Positions 1 to 9,703 of a DNA stretch of 64,000 bases are shown piece after piece (the first letter of the stretch is position 1; each line of letters starts with the position of its first letter). The notes under the pieces are model-generated. The model was given only the letters and a program-made list of their open reading frames with translations. It was not told the DNA's origin and did no database searches. Location of the stretch: positions 4,128,001-4,192,000 of the forward strand of contig JBKAGP010000001.1 in NCBI GenBank assembly GCA_046290465.1, given 5' to 3'. The position numbers and the translations under genes are program-made. The stretch is from Planctomycetota bacterium. GTDB lineage: Bacteria; Planctomycetota; UBA1135; UBA2386.

Positions 1-686
1 CCGCCCGAACGCAGGCTGTAGCGGATGCTGCCGTCGCCGTTCTGGCAGCGCTTGATGTAGTCGACCGCCTTGTCGATCGTCTTCTTGTTGCAGACGATGC
101 CGGCCATGCGGCAGGCGCGCAGCGCCTGGATCTGCGTGACCGTGACGCTGCCCTCGTCGCTGTTGGAGTCGGGCGTATAGATCCAGCCGCCGGCCGACGA
201 CTGCGCCGACGCGATCAGGGCAACCGCCTTGTCGAGCACGCGCTTGAGGCGCTGCTGCTCGCGCAGGCCTTCTTCCATGCCGTAGACGCTGGCGAGGTAC
301 AGCGTGGCGAAGCCGTGGCCATACATGCTGCGGCCCTCTTCGGCCGGCACCGAGACGACGCCGGTGCCCGGGTCGGCGTGCTTGAGCAGGAACTTGGTGC
401 TCTGCCGCACCTCGCGCCAGTAGCGACCGCGCGTCGGCGTCGAACCGCTGGCGATGAACGCCATGCCGGCGAGGCCGGTCATCGCGGCCGGGTAGCTGCC
501 GTAGCCGCCAGAGTTGCGCCAGCTGCCGTCGTTGGCCTGGTTGTTGGACAGCCACTTGAGGCCGCGCTCGATCGACGCGTGCACCTCGGCGGTGACGCCG
601 GGCGGGTAGCTGTTCTCCTGGGCGGGGATCGCCAGCGCCACCAACGTGGCGGCCAGCGTCGTTCGAACCATCGTGCTTGCCATCAT
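1..686 (-). CDS. Prenyltransferase/squalene-oxidase-repeat (QW-motif) protein, exported; 3' end lies outside the window
   Basis: Manual translation MMASTMVRTTLAATLVALAIPAQENSY...GLKWLSNNQANDGSW...MYGHGFATLYLA...AQSSAGGWIY...CQNGDGSIRY shows repeated Q-x-x-D/A-G-S/G-W motifs. Start overlaps the upstream stop (ATGATG). Confidence 0.8.
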   Translation of the reverse strand, partial: MMASTMVRTTLAATLVALAIPAQENSYPPGVTAEVHASIERGLKWLSNNQANDGSWRNSGGYGSYPAAMTGLAGMAFIASGSTPTRGRYWREVRQSTKFLLKHADPGTGVVSVPAEEGRSMYGHGFATLYLASVYGMEEGLREQQRLKRVLDKAVALIASAQSSAGGWIYTPDSNSDEGSVTVTQIQALRACRMAGIVCNKKTIDKAVDYIKRCQNGDGSIRYSLRSG

Positions 687-3424
687 CCCCGTCCTTCCAT
701 GTAGTCGTACAGACGTTGCTGTTCGGATTCGTGGGCGCGCAGGTCGCCTGCCGCCTTGCAGATCTCGATGCGCGCGAGGTGCCAGTCGAGCCGCAGCTCG
801 CGGTCCTTGAGCAGGTCGCGCACCTCGTCCATCGTAGCCATCGCCGCCGCCGCGTTGCCCTCGGAGGCCGATTCCGCAGCGCGCTGACGAACCAGCGACA
901 ACAGCTGGCGGCCGGCCTTGGCGCGCCGGCGCGGGTCCTCGCTCTCGGCGACGGTCTGGCCGAGCACGCGCTCGGCGGCGAGACCATCGCCGCTCTTGGT
1001 CAGGTAGGAGGCCTTGCGCAGCGGGTCTTCGGTGACCTCGGCCAGGCCGCGCAGCGCACCCTCGGTGCTGAACACCTCGACGCCGGACGGGTAGCCGACG
1101 GCCAGCCACGGCCCTCGGACCACGACGTTGCACGAACCCTGCAGCGGCTCGCGGCTCTCGTCGAACGCCGGCAGCGCCAGGCGCCGCATCGGCTGTTCGT
1201 TGTCCGCGTCGAACAGCAACAGCTCGCGCATGTTGGGCACCACGACGGTCGAACCGACGACCGCACCGCGGCCGCGACCCGAGTACTTCGGCCCCGACCA
1301 CGACGGCAGCTTCTGCATCCAGCGCACCAGGCCGCCTTCGAGCGAGACGCAGACGAGGTGCGAACCCGACGTGACGAACAGCTTGCCGGCGGCGGCGCCT
1401 ACCACCTGCGTCAGGCGGCCGTAGGGCGCGTGGTGGGTGTTGGAATCGAGCATCCAGACCGGCTCGCCGGTCGCCGCGTCGATCGCCATCAGCACCTCAC
1501 CGTCGCACGGCGCGAGCACCAGCAGGCCGTCGTGCACGATCAGGTCCGACGGCTCGAAGCTCGTCAGCGCCAGCTGCGTGAACTGCTGCCGGTAGCCGAA
1601 GCGGTTGTTGCGGCTGGTGGTGGTCTTCTTCTTCTTGACCGTCTTGTGGATCGGGTCGATGCGCTCGTAGCGGCGCACCCACTTCAGGTCCCCCGCGAAC
1701 GCATCGACGGCCGCCAGGCAGCCGGCGTTGGTCGCGACGTAGGCGATGCCGCCCAGCACCTTCACCTGCGTGCCCGGCGCCTTGTAGAACGGCGAGCCGC
1801 CGGCGTGCAGCGGCGTGTGCCACAGCGGCCGGCCGCTGCTGCGGTCGAGGCATTCGAGCGTGTAGGCGTTGCGACGCAGCGACGGCAGCAGCAGCCGCTC
1901 GCCGAACACGGTCGGCGCCGCCAGGAACGTCACGCTGCGCAGGCCGTCCTCGCCGTCGAGCCAGTCCTTGGACGACCACGATCGCTCCCACGTCTGCTTG
2001 TCGTAGGCGATCAGCTGCGAGGCCTTGAGCGCCTCGTCGCTGGTCGTCGTGTTGGTCTCGTGGCCGATCACGATGTAGCGACGGGACTCGTCCTCGACCG
2101 GGCGCAGCAGCGCGTTGTCGATCGCCGCGATCCGCACCCGCGGGTGGTTCTCTCGCGCGGTCGGCGGCTCCTCGGCGCCGTCCCCTTCCTGCAGCAGCAG
2201 ACCCGACGCGGCGTCGGTCATGCGCAGCCGGTAGTGCTCGAGGAACAGCGCGCGCGGCTCGACGTAGTCGCCGCGGCGCTCGTTGGCGAACTCCACCCAC
2301 GTCGCCGGCCCGTAGCGGTTGGCGAACGGCATCTGCGTCGAGCGCGTGCCGCCGTCGATGAAGATGCCGCCGCGGTTGCGGTTGCTCGCCTTCGGGTCCT
2401 TGTAGGGCTCCGGGTTCTTGAAGCGGAACTGCCACAGCGGGACCAGGTCGTCGACCTCGCCGTCGAGCCAGGTCACGTCCTGGTCGAGGCCCGGCAGCGG
2501 CGCGATCGCGACGGTGTCGCGAGCGAACAGTTCGCTGGTCGGCAGGTCCTTGATCGACTCGAGCCGACCGAGGATCCGCAGCGACTTCTCCTCGTGCTCC
2601 TCGGCCAGTTCCTGCACCGCGACCTGCGCGGTGTCGGCCTCGCCGGCGAGGCGCAGGCACAGCACGATCTTGAACTCGCACCAGACGTCCTTGATGCCGA
2701 GCCTGGCGCGGTTCTGCGCCGGGTAGGTCTCGAGCAGGTCACGCAGCACCTGCACGGCGCCGCGGTAGCGGCCCTGGTGCATCAGCCGGTCGGCGAGCAG
2801 CATCATCGCGCGGCCGGCCGGAAGCGTGATGAAGTAGCGATTCGCAACCTTCTCGAGCGCGGTCGTCGAACCGTCCTCGAGGGCCTGCTGCAGCATCTCC
2901 TCCGCGGCGAACTCGTGCGCCGTGCGGTACAGCTCGATGCCGACGTCGGGCATCTCGGCCAGCAGTTCGTGGCAGAGGCGGCGGACCGGGCGGTAGATGC
3001 GGCCGTCGTGGCTGAACACCGAATTGCGGGCGCTCAGCTCGGACGGGGACGGGCCCTTCTTGTCCTGCTTCGGCTCGGGCTTCGGCTCTCCGGCCTCGGC
3101 CGGCTTGCCGTCCCCCTCGGTGGTCTCGGGGCGGATCGCGACGACCTCGACCGTCTTGCCCTCGATCACGTCCTGCAGCAGCTCGATCGCGCCGGTGTAG
3201 TCCTCGCGCTCGAGCAGCGAGCGCGCTCGACGCAAGTAGTTGTCGAGATTGGGGTTCTCGAACATCTCGACGAGCGTCCCGGGGTCGTCCCCGGGTTGGG
3301 CGACGGTCGCCGGCCCGAGCACCCCGATCTGCGCGGCGACGCGGACCTGTTGGGCGGGCAAGGCGGCGGCACATAGCGCGGCGCACGCGAGCATGCGCGT
3401 CACGGATGACGTGGGCAGCGACAC
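683..3424 (-). CDS. Exported protein with TPR-like helices and a PQQ-like (BamB-type) beta-propeller
   Basis: Signal peptide ..AALPA|QQ; repeated A/C-x-D-xxx-G-xx-W blades. Start placed at GTG 3424 after AAGGA (alternative ATG 3394). Confidence 0.7.
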   Translation of the reverse strand: MSLPTSSVTRMLACAALCAAALPAQQVRVAAQIGVLGPATVAQPGDDPGTLVEMFENPNLDNYLRRARSLLEREDYTGAIELLQDVIEGKTVEVVAIRPETTEGDGKPAEAGEPKPEPKQDKKGPSPSELSARNSVFSHDGRIYRPVRRLCHELLAEMPDVGIELYRTAHEFAAEEMLQQALEDGSTTALEKVANRYFITLPAGRAMMLLADRLMHQGRYRGAVQVLRDLLETYPAQNRARLGIKDVWCEFKIVLCLRLAGEADTAQVAVQELAEEHEEKSLRILGRLESIKDLPTSELFARDTVAIAPLPGLDQDVTWLDGEVDDLVPLWQFRFKNPEPYKDPKASNRNRGGIFIDGGTRSTQMPFANRYGPATWVEFANERRGDYVEPRALFLEHYRLRMTDAASGLLLQEGDGAEEPPTARENHPRVRIAAIDNALLRPVEDESRRYIVIGHETNTTTSDEALKASQLIAYDKQTWERSWSSKDWLDGEDGLRSVTFLAAPTVFGERLLLPSLRRNAYTLECLDRSSGRPLWHTPLHAGGSPFYKAPGTQVKVLGGIAYVATNAGCLAAVDAFAGDLKWVRRYERIDPIHKTVKKKKTTTSRNNRFGYRQQFTQLALTSFEPSDLIVHDGLLVLAPCDGEVLMAIDAATGEPVWMLDSNTHHAPYGRLTQVVGAAAGKLFVTSGSHLVCVSLEGGLVRWMQKLPSWSGPKYSGRGRGAVVGSTVVVPNMRELLLFDADNEQPMRRLALPAFDESREPLQGSCNVVVRGPWLAVGYPSGVEVFSTEGALRGLAEVTEDPLRKASYLTKSGDGLAAERVLGQTVAESEDPRRRAKAGRQLLSLVRQRAAESASEGNAAAAMATMDEVRDLLKDRELRLDWHLARIEICKAAGDLRAHESEQQRLYDYMEGRG

Positions 3425-3591
3425 TGGCTTCGTTCCTTGAGGGGTGCAGATCCGATCGGGGTCCGGGGGACGGGTCCGAACGGCGGCAGCGCGAGGAGGG
3501 TTCCCTCGGACTCTACGTCCTGTGGCAATCGACGGCGAGGCCCCCCAACCACTTCCCACCGCCATAACTCCGTTTGCCGGGAATCCGTCCT

Positions 3592-3638
3592 TTCTTCCTT
3601 ACGTCGAGCTGACGTTCTTCCTTACGTCGAGCTGACGT
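3592..3638. repeat. Perfect 23-bp tandem duplication (TTCTTCCTTACGTCGAGCTGACG x2) in a divergent intergenic region
   Basis: Copies at 3592-3614 and 3615-3637; each carries the dyad ACGTC-N5-GACGT. Confidence 0.9.
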
Positions 3639-3686
3639 CGTTCGCCGAACGAACCCCACGAGCCGGCCGCCGTTGCCTACACTCCG

Positions 3687-5981
3687 ATGCGCATGACCCC
3701 TCTGCCCATTTCGCGTTCCCTCACGTTCGCCGTGCTCGCGGCCGTCAGCCTGCCGGCTCAGGACTGGACCGACGAGCAGCTCGTCGCCGAGGCAAAAGGC
3801 TTCCAGTCGCCGTCGCTGACCGCGCAGCTCGAGCAGGTCGGCAGGCTGCTCGCCGCCAAGGACCAGGCGTTCACCGCGGTCGCCGCGCGGCTGCACGGCG
3901 ACTACCGCGAATACCGGCTGAAGATCGACCGCCTGCTCGACGAACTGTGCGACCCCAATTGGAAGGTCCGCGAGAACGCCGAGCGCACGCTGGTCGAGAT
4001 CGGCGGCCGCGCGATCGGCGTGATCGAGAAGCGCCGTGACGACTACGAGGTCCTGGAGCAGAACATCCGCTGCGCGCGCATCCTCGACGCGCTCGCGGCC
4101 AAGGGCACCGAGCAGGAGGACCGCGAACGGCGACTGCTGCAGGGCCTGGTGCGACTGGCCGTCTACCTCGAACAGGACCCGCGGCTGCTGCGTTCGCTGC
4201 GCAGCGCGCTCGGCCACACCGACGCGTCGATCGCCGGCGGCGCGATCCGCGCGCTCGGCAAGCACGGCGGCGACGACGAGGCCAAGGCCGTCGCGCCGAT
4301 GCTGACCTACAAGGCGGGCCTGCACCGCCCGATCGCGCTCAGCGCGCTGGCGCGCATGAAGTCCGACGTCGCGCTCGGCTTCTGTCGGACCCTGCTGCTC
4401 GGCGGCGGCAAACAAGGTCCGCTCGAAGGTGTCGACCTCAACCGCACCGAGATGATGCGCATGCTGCGCGCGCTGCGGGCGCGCGACGACGACGGCGCCA
4501 AGAAGCTCGTCGAGGACCTGAAGCAGCACCCCGACCCGGTGATCGCCAGCGGCGCGAAGGTCGCGATGCCCGCCGACGCCGCGGCGGCGCCGGTGACGCT
4601 GACGCTGCCCGACCGCGCGCAGGTGACCGGCTCGCTCGGCGACATGATCGGCGACTCGTTCCTGATCCACGACGCGTTCGTCGGGCTGAAGACCGCGGAG
4701 CTGTCGTTCAGCGACTGCGCCACGTTCGACTTCGCCGATCACGCGGTCGCGAAGTCGCAGAGCGCGATGGTGTTCCTCAACCAGGGCAGCCGCATCGCCG
4801 GCGAGGTGCTGTCGGTCGACCCCGAGGCCATCAAGATCCGTTCGGAGCTGTTCGGCGAGCTGTCGCTGGCGCGCGGCGACGTGCAGGGCATGGCGTTCGA
4901 TCCCGGCCTCGATCGCCTGGTCGGTGCGTCGGTCGACCACGACCGCGTCCGGCTGCGCTCGGGCGAGATCCTCGACGGCAAGATCGTGCGGCTCGACGCC
5001 GGCCGCGTCGTCGTCGAGCCCAAGGCCGGCGCCGCCAAGGAGCTGAAGGTCGCCGACATCGCCGGCGTGCTGTTCACGCGGCCGCGCATCACCGAGCCCG
5101 ATCCGACCAGCTACGCGCGCCTGGACCTGACCAGCGGCGAACGCCTGATCGGCTTCATCGCCGAGATGTCGGACAGCAACGTCGCGACCACCGTGCCGCT
5201 GTGCGGCGCCGCGGCGATGCCGTGGACCAAGGTCCGCCACGTCGAACTCGGCGTCGGCGGCGGCGCGATGTGGGGCTTCACGCTGATCGCCGACTACAGC
5301 GACAACCGCATCGTCGAGGTCGACGACCAGGGCCGCACGGTGTTCGTGCTCGACGAGATCTTCGGCGCGTGGGACGCCGAGTGCCTCGACAACGACAACC
5401 TGCTGATCACCGAGTTCTCGGTCAGCCGCGTGCAGGAGGTCAATCGCAAGGGCGAGACCGTGTGGCAGTTCGAGGACCTCAAGAACCCCTACGACGCCGA
5501 CCGCCTGCCCAACGGCAACACGCTGATCGCCGACACGTTCGCGAGCCGCGTCATCGAGATCGACAAGGCCGGCAAGATCGTCTGGTCGTACTCGACCGAC
5601 ATCCGCCCGTTCGACGTCGACCGACTCGCCAACGGCAACACGCTGATCGCCGACGTGCTGAAGGACCGCGTGCTCGAGGTCAGCCCCGAGGGCGAGGTCG
5701 TATGGGAGGGCAAGGGCCTGCCCAACGCGCACGACGCCGACCGCTTGCCCAACGGCAACACGCTGGTCACGCTGCGCAACAAGGGCGCGGTGATGGAGAT
5801 CGACCGCGACGGCAAGATCGTCTTCGAGCTGTCCAACCTCAGCTCGCCGTCGGACGCCGACCGCCTGCCCAACGGCAACACGATCGTCGCCGAGAACACG
5901 CGCGTGCGCGAGTTCGACCGCCACGGCAACGAGATCTGGCGCAAGGAGATGACCTGGGCGGTCGAGGTCAACCGCTACTGA
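3687..5981 (+). CDS. Exported multidomain protein: HEAT-like N-terminus, repeated small beta modules, C-terminal beta-propeller
   Basis: Signal peptide SLPA|QD; DADRLPNGNTL repeats with an exact 40-aa (120-bp) period at about 5370-5890. Confidence 0.75.
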   Translation: MRMTPLPISRSLTFAVLAAVSLPAQDWTDEQLVAEAKGFQSPSLTAQLEQVGRLLAAKDQAFTAVAARLHGDYREYRLKIDRLLDELCDPNWKVRENAERTLVEIGGRAIGVIEKRRDDYEVLEQNIRCARILDALAAKGTEQEDRERRLLQGLVRLAVYLEQDPRLLRSLRSALGHTDASIAGGAIRALGKHGGDDEAKAVAPMLTYKAGLHRPIALSALARMKSDVALGFCRTLLLGGGKQGPLEGVDLNRTEMMRMLRALRARDDDGAKKLVEDLKQHPDPVIASGAKVAMPADAAAAPVTLTLPDRAQVTGSLGDMIGDSFLIHDAFVGLKTAELSFSDCATFDFADHAVAKSQSAMVFLNQGSRIAGEVLSVDPEAIKIRSELFGELSLARGDVQGMAFDPGLDRLVGASVDHDRVRLRSGEILDGKIVRLDAGRVVVEPKAGAAKELKVADIAGVLFTRPRITEPDPTSYARLDLTSGERLIGFIAEMSDSNVATTVPLCGAAAMPWTKVRHVELGVGGGAMWGFTLIADYSDNRIVEVDDQGRTVFVLDEIFGAWDAECLDNDNLLITEFSVSRVQEVNRKGETVWQFEDLKNPYDADRLPNGNTLIADTFASRVIEIDKAGKIVWSYSTDIRPFDVDRLANGNTLIADVLKDRVLEVSPEGEVVWEGKGLPNAHDADRLPNGNTLVTLRNKGAVMEIDRDGKIVFELSNLSSPSDADRLPNGNTIVAENTRVREFDRHGNEIWRKEMTWAVEVNRY

Positions 5982-7771
5982 TAGCCGCGGAACACGCGCA
6001 TCAGCTGCGGCGGCGGCCCGCGCTGCAGCACGATGCGACCGAGGCGCAGCATGCGATCGGGGTCCTTGTCCGCCGCGGCCGCGCAATACTCGTAGACCGC
6101 GTGCTGGGTGGTCGACACCGACGGCATCGCGGTGATCGCCAGGGACAGCCACGGATGGGCGGCGGCGGGCCCTTCGCGCAGCAGCACCTGCTCGCCGCGC
6201 TGCCAGGCGGCCGGCACCAGGGCCCGTTCGACGCTCGGCCAGTCACGCAGACCCGGCTGCAGTTCGTCGGCGCGATCCAGCTGCGCCTCGATGCGGGCCA
6301 TCGCGTCGCTCCAGCGCGGCGGCACGTCTTCGAGCTGCGCCAGGGACGCACGCGCGCCGACGAAGTCACCGGTGTGGAACTGCACGACGACCTTCTCGCG
6401 CGGCCAGTCGACCGACCAGAACCAGACGCCGACGCCGACCGCGAACAGCAGCACGACCGCCACGGCGCGACGCAGGCGAACGGTCTGGCGGTCGAAGCGC
6501 TGCCGGAAGCCAGGTTCGATCTCGTAGCGACGCATCGTCTCGAGCCGCAGCTGCTCGTCGGGGTGCAGGCTCATCAGGCGACCCCGCAGTGAGTTGTTGG
6601 CCGGCAGCGTCGAGCGCGACACGGTCAACAGCGCGCGGCTGCACGGCTCGGCCCCCAGCACCTGCACCGAGGAGATGTCGGCCTCGTGTTCGAAGCGACG
6701 CGCGAGCGTTCGCAGCGCCAGCCAGACGAGCAGCGCACCGCCCAACATCACGACGGACAGCAGCACGACGTCGCCCTGCTCGGGGTCGAGCAACCGCAGC
6801 GGCGACATCAGCATCACCGGCACGACGAAGCCGAGCAGCGTCAGCAAACCCGGGTGGCCCATGCGCGCGTGGCCGACCTCGTGCGCGAGCACGCCGGCGA
6901 GCGAGCGCGGATCGAGCGTCTTGAGCAGGCCGTCGGTGAAGCACAGCAGGCGGCCGACCGGCAGCGGACCGACCATCATCGCGTTGACCGCGCGCATGCC
7001 CGTGGGCAGCACGAACAGGCGTCGCGGCGAGAACCCGAGCCGCAGGGCGGTCTCCCGCAGCACGCTGCCGAACGGCTCGGGGATGCCGTTCTGCACGCCG
7101 AAGGCGATGCGGAACCAGAATGGCAGCAGCGCGGCCGCGACCAGCAGGTAGCCCATCGCCGCCAGCGAGGTGCCGGCCGCCGTCGCCAGCACGACCACGT
7201 AACCCCAGCGCCACAGTTCGAGCAGGTCCATGCCGACGCCATAGAGCAGCGCCGGCATCACGGCGAGCAACGGCCAGCCGAAGCGCAACCGCACCGACGG
7301 CCAGATCTCGCTCCAGCTCGGCAGGAACATCGGCGAGACCGGTCGCGACGCGCGCGCATCGAAGCCCGACTCGACCAGCGCCTCGGCCATCGTCGCCATG
7401 ACGATGCGCGGCAGTTCGGCGACGTAGAGCGGCAGCAGCGTGAGCACGACGCGCAGGATGTGGCTGTCTGGCGCGAGGCGGTCGATCCAGTCGCCGTAGA
7501 GGCCGAGTTCGAACAGCGCGTGCAGCACCAGCGGCGTCGCCAGGCTGGACAGGCGCAGCAGCGCGCGCGGCGGCACCGCCGAGCGCCTGCCGGTCACCAG
7601 CGACTGCAGCGCCGTCGCGCGCGCAAGGACGGCGAGCAGCCACGGCGTCACCAGCAGCGCGGCGGTCCAGACCAGATCGTCGACGCGGCCCTCGCCGGGC
7701 AGCGCGCCGCCGAGTTCGCGGTGGGCCACCACCACGAACAGACCGACCAGGAACGAGAACGGCAGCGACAA
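5975..7771 (-). CDS. M48-family (HtpX/Ste24-like) membrane zinc metalloprotease
   Basis: Multiple TM segments; NAM..G, GVLAHEVGH, RRFEHEAD and downstream HP motifs. Confidence 0.85.
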   Translation of the reverse strand: MSLPFSFLVGLFVVVAHRELGGALPGEGRVDDLVWTAALLVTPWLLAVLARATALQSLVTGRRSAVPPRALLRLSSLATPLVLHALFELGLYGDWIDRLAPDSHILRVVLTLLPLYVAELPRIVMATMAEALVESGFDARASRPVSPMFLPSWSEIWPSVRLRFGWPLLAVMPALLYGVGMDLLELWRWGYVVVLATAAGTSLAAMGYLLVAAALLPFWFRIAFGVQNGIPEPFGSVLRETALRLGFSPRRLFVLPTGMRAVNAMMVGPLPVGRLLCFTDGLLKTLDPRSLAGVLAHEVGHARMGHPGLLTLLGFVVPVMLMSPLRLLDPEQGDVVLLSVVMLGGALLVWLALRTLARRFEHEADISSVQVLGAEPCSRALLTVSRSTLPANNSLRGRLMSLHPDEQLRLETMRRYEIEPGFRQRFDRQTVRLRRAVAVVLLFAVGVGVWFWSVDWPREKVVVQFHTGDFVGARASLAQLEDVPPRWSDAMARIEAQLDRADELQPGLRDWPSVERALVPAAWQRGEQVLLREGPAAAHPWLSLAITAMPSVSTTQHAVYEYCAAAADKDPDRMLRLGRIVLQRGPPPQLMRVFRGYQ

Positions 7772-7786
7772 GCGATCAGGCTCCGG

Positions 7787-8857
7787 TCAGCGGCCGTTGT
7801 CGTCCTTCTCGGGTTCGCCCTGCTTCTGCTCGCCCTTCTTGCGCTCGCCCTTCTTCTGCTCGCCCTCGTCGGCGGGCTCGTCGCCGAACGCGAGACGGAG
7901 CAGCCCGGCAAACCGTTGGTCGGCTCGCAGCAGCGCGATCTCCGGGTCCTTCTCGAACAGCGAACGTTCCAGCCGCAGCGAACGGTCCAGGTCGGGCGAT
8001 GCGTGCATGCGAGCGCAGCGCTCGAGCGCCTTCATGCCGAGCTCCTTCTGGCCGGCGAGCGCGTGCACGCAGGCGGCGCTGTACCACGCCACCGGCCGCA
8101 GCTGGTAGTCGGCGCCGCGCGCCAGGGCCTGCGCGGCGCGGTGCGCCCCGGCCGCGCGCGGGTAGTCGCGCAGCAGGTTGTAGTAGTCGGCCAGCTGCAG
8201 CGTCGCGTTGACGCGGTCCTCGCCGTCGCCTTCGGTCGTGGCCCGCTGCAGGTCTCGAACGAACGCCTCGGCCGGCTTCTTCTTGCCCCACTGCCACAGC
8301 ATCGCGGCCAGCGCCTGGCGCAGGTCGGTCGGCTCGCGCTCGTCCTCGACCATCGCCAGCACCGCCGCGACGCGCTCCGCGTCCGGCAGCGTGCGTTGCA
8401 GGTCACGGATCGCCGGCACCAGCCGCACGCGGAACGTGAACGGATACCACTCCGGCGTGTCGAGCAGCAGCTCGAACAAGAACGGATCGACCCACGGCTG
8501 CAGCGCCTGCAGTCCGTCGTACTGGCCGACGAACACCATCCCGCTCTTGTAGGTGCGGCGCAGGTGTTCGAGCGTGACCTGCACCAGCAGGCTGCGCAGC
8601 CCCTTGCTGCGCGGTGCGTCCGGCTTCGCGGCGAGCCTCGGCTGCAGCGCGCCGAGCACGGCCAGCCCGTTCTCGGCGTCACAGACCGCTTCGACGGTCT
8701 GCCTCATCAGCTCGTCGGACGTGTGCTCCGACGCCAGCCACTTCTCGATGGCCACCGACGGATCACCCTTCTCCTGCGCGGCGAGCGGTGCAAGCACGGC
8801 CAGACAGACCACCGTGCCCAACCGGCCCCTACGCGCGGCTTCCGCAATGCGCAACAT
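7787..8857 (-). CDS. Exported TPR-containing protein
   Basis: Signal peptide ..PLAA|QE; AWYSAACVHALAG..ALE and DPEIALLRAD (TPR end-of-group-like). ATG at 8857. Confidence 0.65.
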   Translation of the reverse strand: MLRIAEAARRGRLGTVVCLAVLAPLAAQEKGDPSVAIEKWLASEHTSDELMRQTVEAVCDAENGLAVLGALQPRLAAKPDAPRSKGLRSLLVQVTLEHLRRTYKSGMVFVGQYDGLQALQPWVDPFLFELLLDTPEWYPFTFRVRLVPAIRDLQRTLPDAERVAAVLAMVEDEREPTDLRQALAAMLWQWGKKKPAEAFVRDLQRATTEGDGEDRVNATLQLADYYNLLRDYPRAAGAHRAAQALARGADYQLRPVAWYSAACVHALAGQKELGMKALERCARMHASPDLDRSLRLERSLFEKDPEIALLRADQRFAGLLRLAFGDEPADEGEQKKGERKKGEQKQGEPEKDDNGR

Positions 8858-8900
8858 GTGCCCCGCTTGTAGCCCCCCCAGCCCCCCGACAACACCCCCC

Positions 8901-9125
8901 AAGGTTGCCGTACGGTACGCGGTTCATCCTCCAACTTTCGGCGGGCACCCCGAGCGCTCCACGTTCGCGACCATCCGAACGTACCGTTCGGGCCGGGGCA
9001 GGTAGGCCGCGGGCGGTCGCGAACGTTGGAGGACGAACCGCGTACCGTACGGCAACCTTCGCGAGGTCGGGTTGGCGGCCGGCGGTCGTGAGAGTTGGAG
9101 GATGAACCGCGTACCGTACGGCTAC
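8901..9125. repeat. REP-like repeat cluster 1: three copies of a 32-bp core (forward, reverse, reverse)
   Basis: GT(T/A)GCCGTACGGTACGCGGTTC(A/G)TCCTCCAAC at 8904-8935 (+), 9025-9056 (-) and 9094-9125 (-). Confidence 0.9.
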
Positions 9126-9703
9126 TTTTGGAGCCAGGGGGTTGGGGTGTCGGTGGTGGCGGGGACGTGGGTGAAGTGGAGGTCGAGGTCGGTGCCGGCG
9201 AAGTCGGCGCGCAGGGAGGTGGCGAACGCGTCGATCGCGGCCAGGGAGGCGCGGCAGGTCGCGGAGAGGTGGTGCGCGGATTCGGGCAGCGACGCGAACG
9301 CCAGGCGACCGCTGCGGCGGCGGCGCAGCGAGGGCAGCAGGGCGCGCGCGACGGTCGTGTTGGCGTGCAGGTTGGCGTCGAGCAGTTCGCCGAGGTCGCC
9401 GGCGGGCTCGCGGCCGGCGACGCGGTCGCGCAGCAGGATCGAGGCGGCGACCAGATCGGTGATCGGCCCGAGCGCGTCGTTGGCGCCCTTGACGAAGCCG
9501 GCGGCGGCCTCGGCGTCGCCCGGCATCACGACCCCGACCAGCAGATCGGCCGACGGCAGCTGCTCACGCAGCCGGTCGACCTGCCAGGGGCGCGAGACGG
9601 TCGCGGCGACCCTGCCGCCGGTGTCGAGCACGGCGCGCGCGATCGCGACGCCCAGCGGTTCGGTCGCGCCCGTCAGCAGCACGACCCGCGAAGCATCCGG
9701 CAT
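9122..9703 (-). CDS. Short SDR-fold (Rossmann) protein, probably catalytically atypical
   Basis: VVLLTGATEPLG and LLDANL motifs; the YxxxK position reads CRASL. Confidence 0.65.
   Translation of the reverse strand: MPDASRVVLLTGATEPLGVAIARAVLDTGGRVAATVSRPWQVDRLREQLPSADLLVGVVMPGDAEAAAGFVKGANDALGPITDLVAASILLRDRVAGREPAGDLGELLDANLHANTTVARALLPSLRRRRSGRLAFASLPESAHHLSATCRASLAAIDAFATSLRADFAGTDLDLHFTHVPATTDTPTPWLQK

Noticed and set aside
5370..5900. 120-bp periodic DNA repeat
   Set aside because: Fully explained by the 40-aa beta-propeller blades of the coding sequence.
9025..9125. Mini-CRISPR reading of the 32-bp GTTG...C(A/T)AC direct repeats with 37-38 bp gaps and an upstream anti-repeat (also 55278-55379)
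   Set aside because: Only two direct copies per locus, copies are degenerate, the gaps share conserved flanks (GGCGGTCGYGA, CGAAA), orientation is mixed and no cas genes are in the window. A REP-like element is more parsimonious.
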